Below, one piece after another: positions 12,990 through 25,178 of a DNA stretch of 64,000 nucleotides. Origin of the DNA: Isurus oxyrinchus (taxonomy: Eukaryota); contig JANJGN010000056.1 in the NCBI GenBank assembly GCA_026770705.1, forward strand, positions 1,302,001 to 1,366,000, written 5' to 3'. Both the position numbers and the translations under genes were made by a program. Position 1 is the stretch's first letter, and each line of letters opens with the position of its first letter. The notes under the pieces were generated by a model. The model saw only the letters and a program-made list of their open reading frames with translations, did no database searches and had not been told where the DNA came from.

Positions 12990-14000
12990 AATCTCCTCTT
13001 CTCCTGCAGTGTACTCCGGATTCCTGGTGACAATGCCTGTGTCCTTAAGATGGTGATGATATGAAGGATGCAGCAGAACACTATGAACATCAGCACCCGC
13101 TCCAGCGTGTAAGGGAGGGTTCACTCCCAATGGCTCAGGAATGAGAAGCGTTTCTTTCCCACAATGGCGGGCTGATCCACAATGGCCTGTGCGACTCCAT
13201 TACTCTTGGTATTGAGGTGTTATGTTCACCTGCTTTGTTGGAGGTAGGGAATGGCAAAGTTGCATTCTTTTGATCCATGTACCGACGGGGCAGCCTTCAT
13301 CTATGAAAAGCCACTGTGTGCTTCCCTATGGAGCTACGGAGATGCTGGAAACGTCCGACTGCTTCATAATGAAGGTATTGTGGCTCTCGCCAGGATATTG
13401 GATGTTCACCAACGTGATGTACTGTGCATAAATATACATCAAATGGACGTGAATTCAGTCAGAATTCTTTCAGAGCCTTTAACTCTGTCCATTCTAATGG
13501 GGACACGGCAGAATTACGTACACCATTGGAATCCCTCTGCCCTGGGAGGCCATGGGACCGATCATTCTGCTTCTCCCTATTAAGGGAGCAAAAGTACAAA
13601 CGTGGCACCCAACAGAGATGTTCTCTGTCAGCTAATGAATACATAGTTAGACAACATACTGGGAGATAATTAATATAACATCAGCTATTCTCCTGCGTGT
13701 ACTGTTCCGAATCCATAGCACTTTCAATGATCATGTGAACACCGTGTCCAAAGACAGCAGCTCCCTCACCCTGGTGTGCGGCCCCAGGTCCTGTTGAAGG
13801 AGGTGACACGGGTCTGTAGCACCTTATTGTTGTGTCAGAGTTATATCCGTCTCTGAACATGTTTTGGGTGTAGGTTTGTAAAGTGTTCCTGACAATCCAG
13901 GGGTGCTTAGAGCAGTGCAACACCTATCCCCCCAAAAAAAATGTTAACAGACGGTCCCCTCCCTATTCACTCCGCTCATTTCGCTCGTCATGGTACAGGT
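12990..14000 (-). mobile_element. Decayed PIF/Harbinger (HARBI1-like) DDE transposase inside the GPCR intron
   Basis: Minus-strand remnants VNIQYPGESHNTFIMKQS, WLFIDEGCP, KKRF and ERVLMFIVFCCILH match Harbinger motifs (PG-x-x-HD, WLLGDxGYP, KxRFxxL, IVxCCxLHN). Confidence 0.75.
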
Positions 14001-14144
14001 CCAGGTGCACTGTAACTACATCCCCAAAACCTCTTCCAAGGTTGGGCCTATAGATACTCTATCCTCTCTCAATTCATGCAGCCCTTCACAGCACAGCACC
14101 AAGGAGACCATCTAAAGCACTTCAATGGACTTTGAAATAACAGT

Positions 14145-14282
14145 GATTAAAAAAAACAACTGCAGATGCTGGAAATCCAAAAAGTTCTGTCGAAGGGTCA
14201 TGAGGACTCGAAATGTCAACTCTTTTCTTCTCCGCCGATGCTACCAGAACTGCTGAGTTTTTCCAGGTAATTCTGCTTTTGT
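14145..14282. mobile_element. Short Penelope-like terminal fragment with internal inversion, flanked by a 14-bp direct repeat
   Basis: tttgaaataacagt at 14131-14144 and 14283-14296. The first ~38 bp match the PLE end at 34832 directly; the rest matches it in reverse complement. Confidence 0.85.
14183..14221 (+). ncRNA. Minimal type I hammerhead ribozyme motif (PLE-associated)
   Basis: AGTT-CTGTCGA-A-GGGTC-atgag-GACTC-GAAA-TG-TC-AACT: stem I AGTT/AACT, stem II GGGTC/GACTC, GUC site. Stem III has a C-to-T change. Confidence 0.65.
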
Positions 14283-15077
14283 TTTGAAATAACAGTAGTC
14301 CGTCAAATTCCGTTCAGCTGACAGTCAGATGTCTGGCCCGTTTCAATTAAACTGGAAAGGGTGCCTCGTGTTTTTTAACAAATATTTAGCTGAGAGTGAT
14401 TAACACAGCTTTTTGGTGGACGGGTACAGCCAGTGTTTCAAAGGCATGCATCAAACATGCTGAAAACCCCCGGACAACACGGGACACCATGTGTGAGTTT
14501 CTGGACATGGGATTGATTGGAGAAGCGAGATGAAATTGTGATCAAATCACCCGATTGGGAATTTTGAAATTGACGGACTGAAAGACCTGGCAGCAATCTT
14601 GGCCCTTGAGCACAGGGATAATGGTGGAATGAGATTTGGCATGGGCAAGTTTACAAAGATTAGAGTTTTGTATGGGGTATGTTTTAAGAACGTTTGTAGC
14701 AGCAATTGTCTGGCCAGATTAACATTTTAATAGCCGAGTCTGGCTTGGACAAATGCACAGCTGAGGGATCATTCGGGTGATGTGTTGATGCAGCGAGGAT
14801 AGTGGGTGAGACTAAATAGCTGGTAGAAGACAGGCTTAAGGATAGAAAAGGTGAGGGCTCACAAATCAGCTCAGGGCAAAATGGAGCATGGGAGTCGAAG
14901 ACACTATGGTTCAGGCTTAGATAGTAGTGCGGTAGGCGGGTGGAGCGACTGGATATGGAACGATCATTAAAACGGGAACAGTAGCAAATGACTTCCATCT
15001 TCCTGAAATGTAAGAGACAGTAACAGTAATACAGTCAATCTGGTTTAAGGAACAGATTGTTGCATATAGGTTCTTAC

Positions 15078-15273
15078 CGCTGACACCAACAAGAGCCAGG
15101 ATGGGGAAGTAACCAACTTGGATTAACGAAATTACTCCCTCGATCCTAACAGCTAATGATATCCGATCTTGAGAAAGGTAGTAAAGCCCCGAGGATAAAC
15201 TCCTGTCCATTTTTGTAAAATTCCAAGATTTTGTTCTAAGATTCTGATTCATTGTTGTCACGTTCCAATCCAT
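15078..15273 (-). CDS. GPCR exon 1 (N-terminus and first half of TM1), unit A
   Basis: ATG at 15273; MDWNVTT...IQVGYFPILALVGVS, then G|gtaag donor at 15078/15077. The phase-1 donor joins exon 2 as GTG (Val) and completes TM1 (ALVGVSVNLVTIVIL). Total 196+878 nt = 357 aa; intron 3210 bp. Two N-glycosylation sequons (NVT, NFT). Confidence 0.88.
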
Positions 15274-15386
15274 TATTCTCAGGCTCTGATGTTTTCTCTC
15301 CCCCTCTCAGGAGTCGTTGATCCTTGCGACTGCTGAATGCGACTGTCCCCCTGACATTAGGGGACAGCACTTTGAAATGAGCCCCG

Positions 15387-15394
15387 TATAAATA
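15387..15394 (-). promoter_or_regulatory. Possible TATA-like element (TATTTATA on -, TATAAATA on +); paralog at 43280-43287
   Basis: About 115 bp upstream of the GPCR ATG. Motif and position only. Confidence 0.3.
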
Positions 15395-15849
15395 GCACTG
15401 TGAAACCCTCCAGTGACACAATTAGGATCCAGGGAGATTGAAGTTAATTACAGGGACTGAACAAATCGGTTCAGTTAACGCCTTGGATTCCAACAATTTT
15501 TGTCTCACAACATAGTAGAAGATTTACTTGGCGTGGATCGGATGTATGTGGGTCGCTAAGGGATGGAAGGCTGCGAATAGAGGTTTGACTGACCATGACA
15601 TGTAAAGGCACCTGGGAATGATATCCGAGGACAGGAGGGTTTTAATTGTTCCACGCTATTTATAAAAGCAGAGTTCCAAAGCAGAATGGAACCTGGATTG
15701 ATGACCTATTTTGAAAAATCATTTATTTTGGAAGCGTGGGTTCCTTACTGAAGGAGGTTCACAGGAGCCTGATTTGACTTTGCAAGATTCACAAAAAAGA
15801 TGTAATTAATCATGATCATATTACACCAGGCAACCAAACGCTTGGTAAG

Positions 15850-18800
15850 TTTTCATTACAGAGACCACGAAATAAGTGGCAGAAACTCACGCTGCTCCTT
15901 TCATCCTACTAATGCCCTTATTAACCCAGGACAACCGGCGGCCAGGCACCATTATTTTTGGACCAAGGATAACGTTTGTTCAGTGGTAAAGAAGTAGATC
16001 TTCCAGTGGTCTCCTGAACATTCACTAGAAGCAATTGCACAATTGGTATATCCCTTTCGAAATCCAGAACACTCAATCTAAATTCACCTCTCCTTTAGTG
16101 TTAGAGGATTATCCACGAGTTCCTTAAGAATCTGGCATCATGCCAAGTTGCAGACAAACTGAGGCCTTTTCGTCAAGTCTTGACTCATTGGCAATCTGAT
16201 ACAACTGAAACTACAAGGTCATAGGCTCCTAGTCTTTATGTATCTGTGCAGCTCCGCCTGATCACAAGTTGCGAGTCAACAACACAGTTTTATTTCCTAC
16301 TTCTTGTCTTAGATGTGACTTCACTAAATCACCAAAACCTTTAGTAGCCAATCTCTTCATTTCAAGATTCGTAATGCAGCCATTAAAATGTATACATTTA
16401 AACAGTGCCCCAGGCTGGCCGGCTAAATGTCACAAAAATCCAAACTGAAACCAAGCCCAGGCTTCACATTACAAATACAATTGTAGCTTGCCTAAAATAA
16501 TATCGAGTTCCCATCATTTACCCCGCAAAAGGATAAGAATTGAAAAGGTAGCTTTAAGAGGCATTTTCATTTCCCGTTAGCATCTCCTCTCGTCACTAAA
16601 TCTATCTCATCTTACAGCTTTTACAATAGCTGTAATTATGTTCTTACAACAAATAAGCAAGTATTTCCATAAGAATCATATTCTATACAAGTCCATTTTA
16701 ATTATGGCGTTCGTCTTCCTCCATATTTGCACTTGATGAAATATCTGTTGTTACACTGTAACTTCCAGCGAAATGGCTGAGTTTTTCATTGGAAGGGTGT
16801 GGCCTTAAACTCAACCAAAATAGTATTGGTTTCTTATTCTGAAACTTTTCTAGGAAGGATATTGGATTTTGATTCTTATAAAATAATAATTTCTGCAGAA
16901 TGTTTGGATGAGGAGACATATTGTACAGCCAGCACTATATTTAGATAATCCTTCTCACTTCTGAATATTTCCCCTGGTAAAAAAAAAGTACATTTCCAGT
17001 AACTTAACAGACTGGCCGTTCAATTCCCGTCTCGTCGCCCTGTGGTAAAAATGCTCCAACACTCACTAGCATCAAAAAGTAGTTTAAATGGCTTCACACA
17101 ATGTGATGCTGCTAAAGCCAGTGGAGTGGTGAGTACAGCATTCAAGATGCCAAAGGCACTTAGGCCATCCTTTGTCCATTCAAATATTTTTGCTTTTCTT
17201 TACCGAGGTGAAATTGAGGACAAACGTCCTATAAAATGCATTTATGCCAAGCGACCATAACATCGCTCCATTATTCTTAAGCACTGTCAATCCTGGATTA
17301 CCCATATTTTCGCTTTTCTGGAGATCAGTATGCGTTTTCACCAAAATTTGGCCCAAATCAATCACTTTCGTTTTGGAAAATTCACTTTATGCAAATTTGA
17401 TGACTAAATTGTATGTTTGTAAATGACCATACACATCATTCAATTGTATAAATTCCCACAAGCTCAGCGGAACACAACGAACTTCTCACTATATGTATAA
17501 CACTGTTAAATAATCCTTCAAAAACGCGTTCGCTTAATCATTGAGATGTTACTGTTGCATTCTTCATTCCGAAAGACATGAAATTACGTTTAAAATACCC
17601 ATTCGTGTTTGCAAAATCTGTTGTTTCTTTGGCCACTTCTGTTAACGGGACTTTTCAGTACCCCTACAATAAATCATTTCTTTTACCAGGAAACTTGCTT
17701 GCCCAATCTTTTCAGTACAGTTTTCCAATCCTGGAATAAGATATGGATCCGCGTATGTGAATGCATTAACGTTGCCACAAAATATACACAATCATTCTGA
17801 CCCATATAGTTTAAGTGGTTTTATAAGAGGTAAGCTCCATGTACTGTGAATCGGTTGAATAATGTCATCGTCGAACATAAACTTTATTGCTTCTTTCGCT
17901 TAGATTAACATCCCTGGAAGAAGCCTGATAGATGTTGCTTTTTTGGTGACATCCCCAACATTGCAACATTTTAGGCCAAAGCCATTTTCCTTGGTCGATC
18001 TGTACAATGAGTTTCATGAGTTTTTAATAACTTTCATAAGACATCTCGGAATTATTTTCTGGAAGTTAGCGTAATATGGCAGGGGCATCACGGGTTATCT
18101 GGCTTAAATTGCTAAATGGAAATCGAAACACTGGAAGATCAAATATTGTCTTATTGAATAGTGGAGCAGGTTCAAGGGACCGATTGCTCTACCGCTGTTA
18201 TTATTTCTTATGCTCTTATCTAAATTTTAACGGCCTCTGAACTGTACAATGTAACCACTGGAGAGTTGAGTTTAGAATTTCCGATTTCTGGTTCATTCTC
18301 CAAATGGTTTGAGATATTAATTCCTCCCCTTTCTCCTTTCACTTATGCAAACACATTCCTCTCCTGGTTACCTTCCCAGCCATTATTTGGCTTTAACATA
18401 TTGACGGGAAACATTCAGTTGAATTTCACCCTGATTGGAGTGCTCACTAGATCATTCACAGAATTGAGTTTCTTTGTGACTTGGTAAAGGCCGATGAACC
18501 TTGCTTTTCTCTTTTTACTAGCGAAAACTCACCAAACTCAAACATTTCCTCCAGCAACATAACTTCGAGTTTTAGAATAGATATCTGCACCTGCTTCTAT
18601 TGTTTGTCGTGCATTTCTATTTTTACATGTTTTTTGACCGATCCACAGGGCTTGGTTAGTTTTTCCCAGCAGTTTGTCACGTTGGTCAAATGTGACGCCT
18701 CGGAACTTTGGTTGATACATTTTCCTTTAATTAATTTCACTGGATCTCGCGCCACTTCCTCAACTTCAGGTCAAAAGCACTGAATGCTGTGGACTCCTTC

Positions 18801-19700
18801 TGGGCGTCCCTTAGAAATACCAATCGAAGGACTCTATCACAAAAATGGACCATCATTGACAATATACTTTAATCGTCATCTGTAAAGTTGGATTTCATTT
18901 TGCTAAAGTTCCTTATAACTGTGAATAAAACGCTGAAGGCTGAAAATAGTTTTTCCCTCTCCCAAACTTTTCATTTTTTATTTGAATATCTGTGACATAA
19001 AATATGAGCCTTGATCTGATTAATTTTCCTGAGGAAATCCACATATTTTAAAGAAATGAACTCGCTTTCCCCCTATAATTTTCACCATTATCTTCCTGAA
19101 ATGCACTGCCACTGGAAATCTTGTTAGAGCTACCATAATTTTTGAAACACACTGTTTCCCACTTCTGATTTAGCTGGGGGTCCAAAACAATCTATTAAGG
19201 AAGTGCTAAATGGTTCTGTACAAGCTGGTATTGGACTGAATAAAGGATGCACTTGAATTGATGATTCTGGCTTCCCCACTATTAGCATGTATGTCATGTC
19301 TGGCAGAAACTAACAACGCCTTTATGAAACCGTGGGAAAAAAATATGTTTCAGCATGTTAGCCTGTGTTTGGAACACCGTAAGCAACTCGTGATGGAACG
19401 TCCACCAGATGAACTATTGTAAAGTGCCGATTGGCTCATATTTGAGGTGGTCTCCCTTTCCTCATTAGCAGAGCATTGTTAAATAATAACACTCAGGTAC
19501 TGATTCTGATTCAGGCTCTGATAGGGTGTTATAGCATATTCTCTCAACTGAGGATCAGCCTGTTGCATTTCTACTAAAGTAGATGGACCAAAATGTCATG
19601 CCTATTCTAATTACATTCTTCAGTTTGCTCCAGTTCCTTCTAAGGCTTCCTTTTTTTGCGGGGCTGAGATCTAGTCATGAAGCAGTCAAGAAACAACCCA
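15850..19700 (-). mobile_element. Decayed Gmr1-like Gypsy element: integrase, RT, RNase H, PPT, 3' LTR
   Basis: Minus-strand remnants: MQQADPQL / ESESVPECYY / LMRK (~19460-19600, pre-integrase); FMSFGMKNA (~17560, RT); FEWTK..AF, KPFKL..DAS and GIERPV (~17000-17190, RT-RH linker and RNase H). Purine tract gagaggaga followed by TG at 16591-16581. Confidence 0.8.
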
Positions 19701-19879
19701 GGATATTGCTCAAATCGCGCCTCAGCTACTTTCAGTTCCAGTTGGTGTTATAACAGTCTCGGTGAGGCTAATATATTTGAGCCAGCTGTCTCATAGCCCA
19801 AGATGTAATCAATTCCTTAGATAGCGATTTGATCCAAAGCTCCAACTGCAGCCTCTACTCTCACTAAGTGACTTATTTT

Positions 19880-22477
19880 GGGTGGAGTCTTCTGAGACCA
19901 CTGACGGCGGGTGTGATATGTGGTGGGCATGGAAAATATGGTGGGGTCCACTTCAAGATGGCATGAATGCAGTTCGCGATCTTCTCCTTAGCCTACCGCT
20001 AACGGGCTGCATTTCTCACCATCGGTCAACGAGAAGCTGTAGCGAGTGTGATTTTATTTGATTCAGGTTGCCTACCCGCGCCTTTAAGGATCCAAGAGGC
20101 TCGAAAGTGCCATCAGCCGTTCCATGTATTACCCCCCCCCCCCCCAACTGACCCCCACACAAACCGGCACTGGTTTCAAATCCGCCAGCAATTCATTGCA
20201 CTGCACAACAGTTGGACTTCACACGTTGTGTAATCTCTTCGCCAACACTGGTCATGTAGCAGTCACTGCTGGAGGCGCTGTCAGCTCCTTGCATATTCAG
20301 CATCATTGTTTGTATCAGTGTCCCCAATGCCGAATGTTGACAAGGCACCCAGGCAGAGCAATCCTCCCTGGCATTCTGAGGGGTGACCAGCACTTTCTGG
20401 GAAGCATTATGGGTTTTTACTAAAGGACCAGCGATGATTACCACGTGTCGCTCTCTTTCATGCTGTAGGAGGACCATGTCAGGAACATGAATCCTGGTTA
20501 CTTAGCAGCACGCCTGATGGCCGACAGGGACCGTTTAAGATGGAGGAGAGAGCGACTGGTCAGGCAGCTTCAGGAGCAAAATCCCGGAATTAAAGACTGC
20601 ATGCTGACTGTGACGCTCTGGCTGTGAAAACTTTGGCTTCGGTCCTCTCAGAGGCCGAGATTTGCAGGACACCTGTCTGTTTTCATCGCCCTGCTGTGGG
20701 ACAGTGGCATCCTGCTCGACCTGTGCAGCTGGACCTGTATAGTCTACAGGAAGAGGGAAGGCACATGGGCCTGTCATTCGCTGAGTCACTTGGTTGGATG
20801 GCCCCGGAGCGTGCACATGCTGACCTTCCTCCCTATGTGTGCCCGAGAAACCCTTGCTGACTCAGTGAGTGGGAGGGGCAGCTGGATTGAGATCATGCAT
20901 CCGAGGACCCATCTTATGTACGGTCTGCTGGATGCTAACTATGGCAGCAGCAAAATAGTTATGCCCATGCAGCATTGCATGAGTAGATGCTCTGGACCAA
21001 GGTCTCCATGGCAAACGCCATAATGCCAGTGTTGGACACTGCATGTTGCAATGCCGGTGCTCCTACATGAGCCTGGAGATGGATGGTCTCCTCCATCATG
21101 CATTACAATTTGAGGAGTGCAGCCGACATTACTTTCTGATGTTGGCTGGCTTACCGTTGCAGCTCCAATTCTGTGATATGACCAAGTCCAGTTGCTCAAC
21201 ATCTGACTCGTATTCAACAACTTTCTGGCTTCAGAACTCCGTGTGTGGAGACCAGGGAAATCCGTGCCTCCACCTGCTATGGAGGGGGCAAGTTGTCATC
21301 AGATTATGATCCCGAGGCTTCTCTAAACCTACGTCCCATGGAGTCGTGTGTCTCTACACTGGCAGAGGGCGTGGATGAGCGCTCTAATGCAACTTTAGGC
21401 AGGGTGCCTTCAGACTCCTCCTCAGACTTTTCAACGGAGCTGTATGGGGGCACTGGGACCTGGAATCCGTCGGCCGTTTCGCAGGTGTGCCTGAGAAAAC
21501 AAGGGGAAATAATCAGTGCATGATATTGGCATATGATAGAGGACACATCACACACAGAAGTGTTTGCTAATGAATGCTGCACTCCTGGATCCTCACTTGG
21601 TAGATCATTGCTGACCTCATCGTTAACACAAGAGTGGTCCCAGTTATAACTGCCCAGTTGAATGCCTCTGTTGTCCAATTCCATCAGAATGTTGATGTCC
21701 AGCAATACGTTCCTGTCTGCGATCTAGCCTTCCTGTTGTGATCCAATTTGTCCATCATGGATAGAGATAAGAGGGTGTATCATGATTCCTGCCAGGCCAG
21801 ATGACAAGTATGCCTGGTATGTGTGGGTGGTGAGTGGCCCAATGTGCGGGATGAAGACAATGGCGGCCTGTGTGAAAGAGTCAATGTCGCCATCCCTTGC
21901 ACTGGCAGTGAGTGAGGGCCTTGCGTTTGAGTGATGGGTTTGTGAGTGTGTGTTATGCGTGAAGGAAAGAATGACTTACACTGGAGGGACAGAGAAGATC
22001 ATTCATACTTATGTGACTCTTGGTGGTTGATTTTATCTGCAGGTCGTTCGCCCTGACCAATGCTGTGAGCGCTGCCCAGTCTGGGTTTGTGACATTGATG
22101 CCCATCCTCCAGATGGTAGGGCACATCCCGGCTGCCCTCCAGCAGTATCTCGAGGGATCCATCATTTAAGAGGGTGGCTGCAGGCATTTTACCTTTATTG
22201 GCCTTATCTCCCAGACAGAGGTGGTGAGCTGGTGGTGATCAGCGATTTGCTGAGGGCTACATTGTAAAGGCAACGGCCAGGGTGATGCAAAAGCGCTTTA
22301 ATGTTGAGTGATCAAATCGAAGTTCTGCCACCTTGGAAACAATGTGTTTATTATGCATAAATAATAAAGTGGTCTTGGGAAGTTATGGCATGAAAACCCG
22401 CCATTTTTGTCGATGGCCAGGGCTCCATTTCACCAGCATGCTAGCGCAATTAGAGCAATTATGGGTGAATTCCAGCC
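19880..22477. mobile_element. Decayed Harbinger-type DNA transposon (transposase remnant on +, Myb/SANT-like ORF remnant on -)
   Basis: Plus strand ~20270-20390 reads SSLHIQH...RHPG...IL, like HSLNVQ...xPG. Minus strand ~21975-22170 reads NDGSLEILL...PDWAALTALVRA...MNDL, like Harbinger ORF2. Degenerate terminal inverted ends gggtggagtcttc / gaattccagcc. Confidence 0.6.
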
Positions 22478-22825
22478 ACTGAAACAATGTGTTAAGAAAG
22501 AATAAGTTATTTTGGCTGTGGGCTTTCAGAGCCGAGGCACCAACGAAAGGAGCACAGCAGCCCTTTTGCAGCCAGAGCCAGCCCACAGCTGGAGGTGAAT
22601 ATCAGCTACTCTGAAGTCATCGACCTGCAGGGATTGAGATCCCATGAGTATTTGTTGTGCCTGAACGAAAAGAATCATCAGTTCTTTCAATGATCAGTTT
22701 TGGGAGGCCAAGATGACGCCATTCAAGAATTGCTCCATTTTTGCTTACCCCTTGCAATATTGATTTTTGACCTTTGGGAGAATTCCTATTTTTCCAGTGT
22801 ATTTTTGTGCACATGAGTGTTTGCG

Positions 22826-23126
22826 TATCTGTCTCACTCGCTACCTCTCACTCCATATGCCTCTCTCTGTTCAGGCCTTTCTCTTTGACTCCCTCTCTCT
22901 CTCTCTCTCTCTTTGTTTTTCTATCTCTCATCTCTCTCTTTCTTTCCCCCTCTCTCTCAGATAAATGTATCTCTAATTTTCCTTTTCAGTTCCCAAATTA
23001 ATTGGGAATTATCCTTGACACTTCGCCCCTCGCTTCCTGCTCGAATTTGTCTGGCAAATGTGTTTGTGTTTGTTTGAGTATATTTGCCTACGTTTGTGTG
23101 CCTGTGTGTGTGTGTTAACATGTGTG

Positions 23127-23163
<37 letters not shown>

Positions 23164-23766
23164 ATCCATGTGTGTGTTCATGTATGTGTGTGTGCACACT
23201 TGTCTGTCAATGTGTGTGTCTCTGTTTGCATTTGTTGGTCTGTGTGTATGTCACTGTGCATGTACACATGCGCGTGTGCCCGTGGAAGTGCTCAAACGTG
23301 TGTGTGAGTGACAGAGAGAGAGAGAGAAAGAGAGAGAGTCTTTGAATATCTTGTAAAAGTGGTTAGTATAACTTCATATTCAATACTGCAAGTTAACAAC
23401 TTTTGCCTATCTATTTAACAGGACTGGTCTTATAATTAACAAACATGCTTGTTATTTACTGAACGAAGCTTGATTAACGTCTCTTTTATTCTAACAGTAG
23501 CAAAAGTAAACAATTGGCTATTTTAGTGTGTGAATCTGTCTTTTAAACTATTGGTATGACCTATGGAGTAGTGGGGTTAAATATACTGCACTCGTATCCC
23601 AATTGATCGAAACAGGCTATGTCTCTCTCTGCCACTCCTCTGCTGTCTTGTACTCTCATTCTCTATCTGCTTATCTGTCTCACTCTCTACCTCTCACTCA
23701 ATATGCCTCTCTCTGTTCAGCCCTTTCTCTTTGACTCACTCTCTCTCTTTGTTTTTCTATCTCTCA

Positions 23767-23797
<31 letters not shown>

Positions 23798-23902
23798 CCC
23801 CCTCTCTCTTAGATAAATGTATCTCTAATTTTCCTTTTCAGTTCCCAAATTAACTGGGATTTATCCTTGACCCTTCGCCCCTCGCTTTTTGCTGGAATTT
23901 GT
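22826..23902. repeat. ~225-bp local direct repeat (22826-23050 and 23672-23902) flanking a TG microsatellite and an AT-rich LTR-like piece; paralog at ~50890-51950
   Basis: Both copies read tatctgtctcactc...agataaatgtatctctaattttccttttcagttcccaaatt...cttcgcccctcgctt...gaatttgt. Confidence 0.85.
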
Positions 23903-24299
23903 GGGGTTGTGTGATGGAAATTTTTCTGACAAATGAAAGGGTAGTTTTGCCATGTTGTTGATTTTAATTGGAATCAGTGTGACGAATGAGAATGCTGGAC
24001 AGTAGGAAGTGCAATTTGGAGGGGACACAGCCAGGGCAGGGGTTTTCTCTCCAACCAGTGTGAGGGATTTCTGTGATGCCAAAGCTCCCATGAGAGGGAA
24101 GAGATGTCTTATTACTGATAGTTCTTCCTTTGAATCATTGTGTTGTACGATGAACAGTTGAACTGGCAAAAGAGCGACGACGGCTGACTGGATGTGTGTC
24201 CCCCTCCACACCCTCCATCTCTGCAGCTCCAGCCGCTGTGGTTCTGTAATTAACTGAGAACCTGCTGAAACGCTCAGTGATTTGTTTATTTTTATTGTT

Positions 24300-25178
24300 T
24301 AATATGTTGAAATAATTGGGGTGAAGAGATGTTGCAGCATATTCTTAACTGCTCCGTGAACTTAGCCTGCTCTCTCTGTAAATCCCAGTGTTTGTGCAAC
24401 AACCCAGGCACTGCAGCATTAAGCCTAATTCCTGAACAAAAGCATAGAGATACATAGACTTATAGCACAAATTTCACATCAGTCTCCAAATAGAAGAAAC
24501 AATTGATATTGAACATAACAGGAAGAAATTGGCTGAGATAACAGACAGAAAATTCATAGATTTCCTTCTACTCACCATCTATGGATCGCCTTCTGTGAGC
24601 CTGGGATCCCCTGTGTTCTCTGCTTTACATTAAAATCTGCTTTACCATGAAAACATTGAGCAGCAGAATCAGGGTAAATGGAAAGCACGATGTTAGAATA
24701 TGTTGGAGGAACTCAATTGCTACCCAGAACAGAGATTCGTGAATATCCCATGTGAAATCCATGAAACCAGGGGGCGTTCATCAGCCGATATTCAACTGTT
24801 ATCATAATATACGAGAAAATGTTATTTGAACAGCTCAGCACAATCAATGTTCCCAGAAGCACAGTGGCTATTTTCTCACTGCAATATTCAGTTTTCAGCT
24901 TCAGGGAACAACGGGCCACAGATCCCTCAAAGGTGAAAGTGACGGTGAAACAGACAGGACAGTCTGTGGCTGCATAAAGCAAGATGGTGTGGATATTACA
25001 CACGTGGATGGAGTTCCAGAAGTAAAACTGTTCCTTGAACAAGAATGGAATGTGCCTTATTATCACATCAGGGATAACGACCATTCGTCAGCCACAGCCA
25101 TGGCCACCAGGTACTGAGTTACACATTTGGACAGACCACATCTGTTGCTCCTGAGGATCACAATCATGACAAAGTTCG
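24300..25178 (-). pseudogene. Degraded paralogous GPR139/142-like GPCR, exon 2 (unit A)
   Basis: Acceptor gcag|CG at 25179/25178, then NFVMIVILRSNRCGLSKCVTQYLVAMAVAD and a frameshift, then IIRHIP...VCNIHTILLYAATDC...FTFEGSVARC (DRF motif lost). Further frameshifts follow; TM7/helix 8 remnants near 24320-24440. Confidence 0.9.

Noticed and set aside
14917-15077. 3' part of the 118-aa ORF 14917-15273 as coding
   Set aside because: It reads through the GTAAG donor into the intron, and the unit B equivalent shifts frame.
10990-15273. Assigning the symbol GPR139
   Set aside because: The family resemblance is clear, but orthology cannot be shown and a multicopy divergent array argues against it.
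20048-22187. Many short ORFs conserved between units A and B as host genes
   Set aside because: Their conservation reflects recent duplication, and they lie within a decayed Harbinger element.
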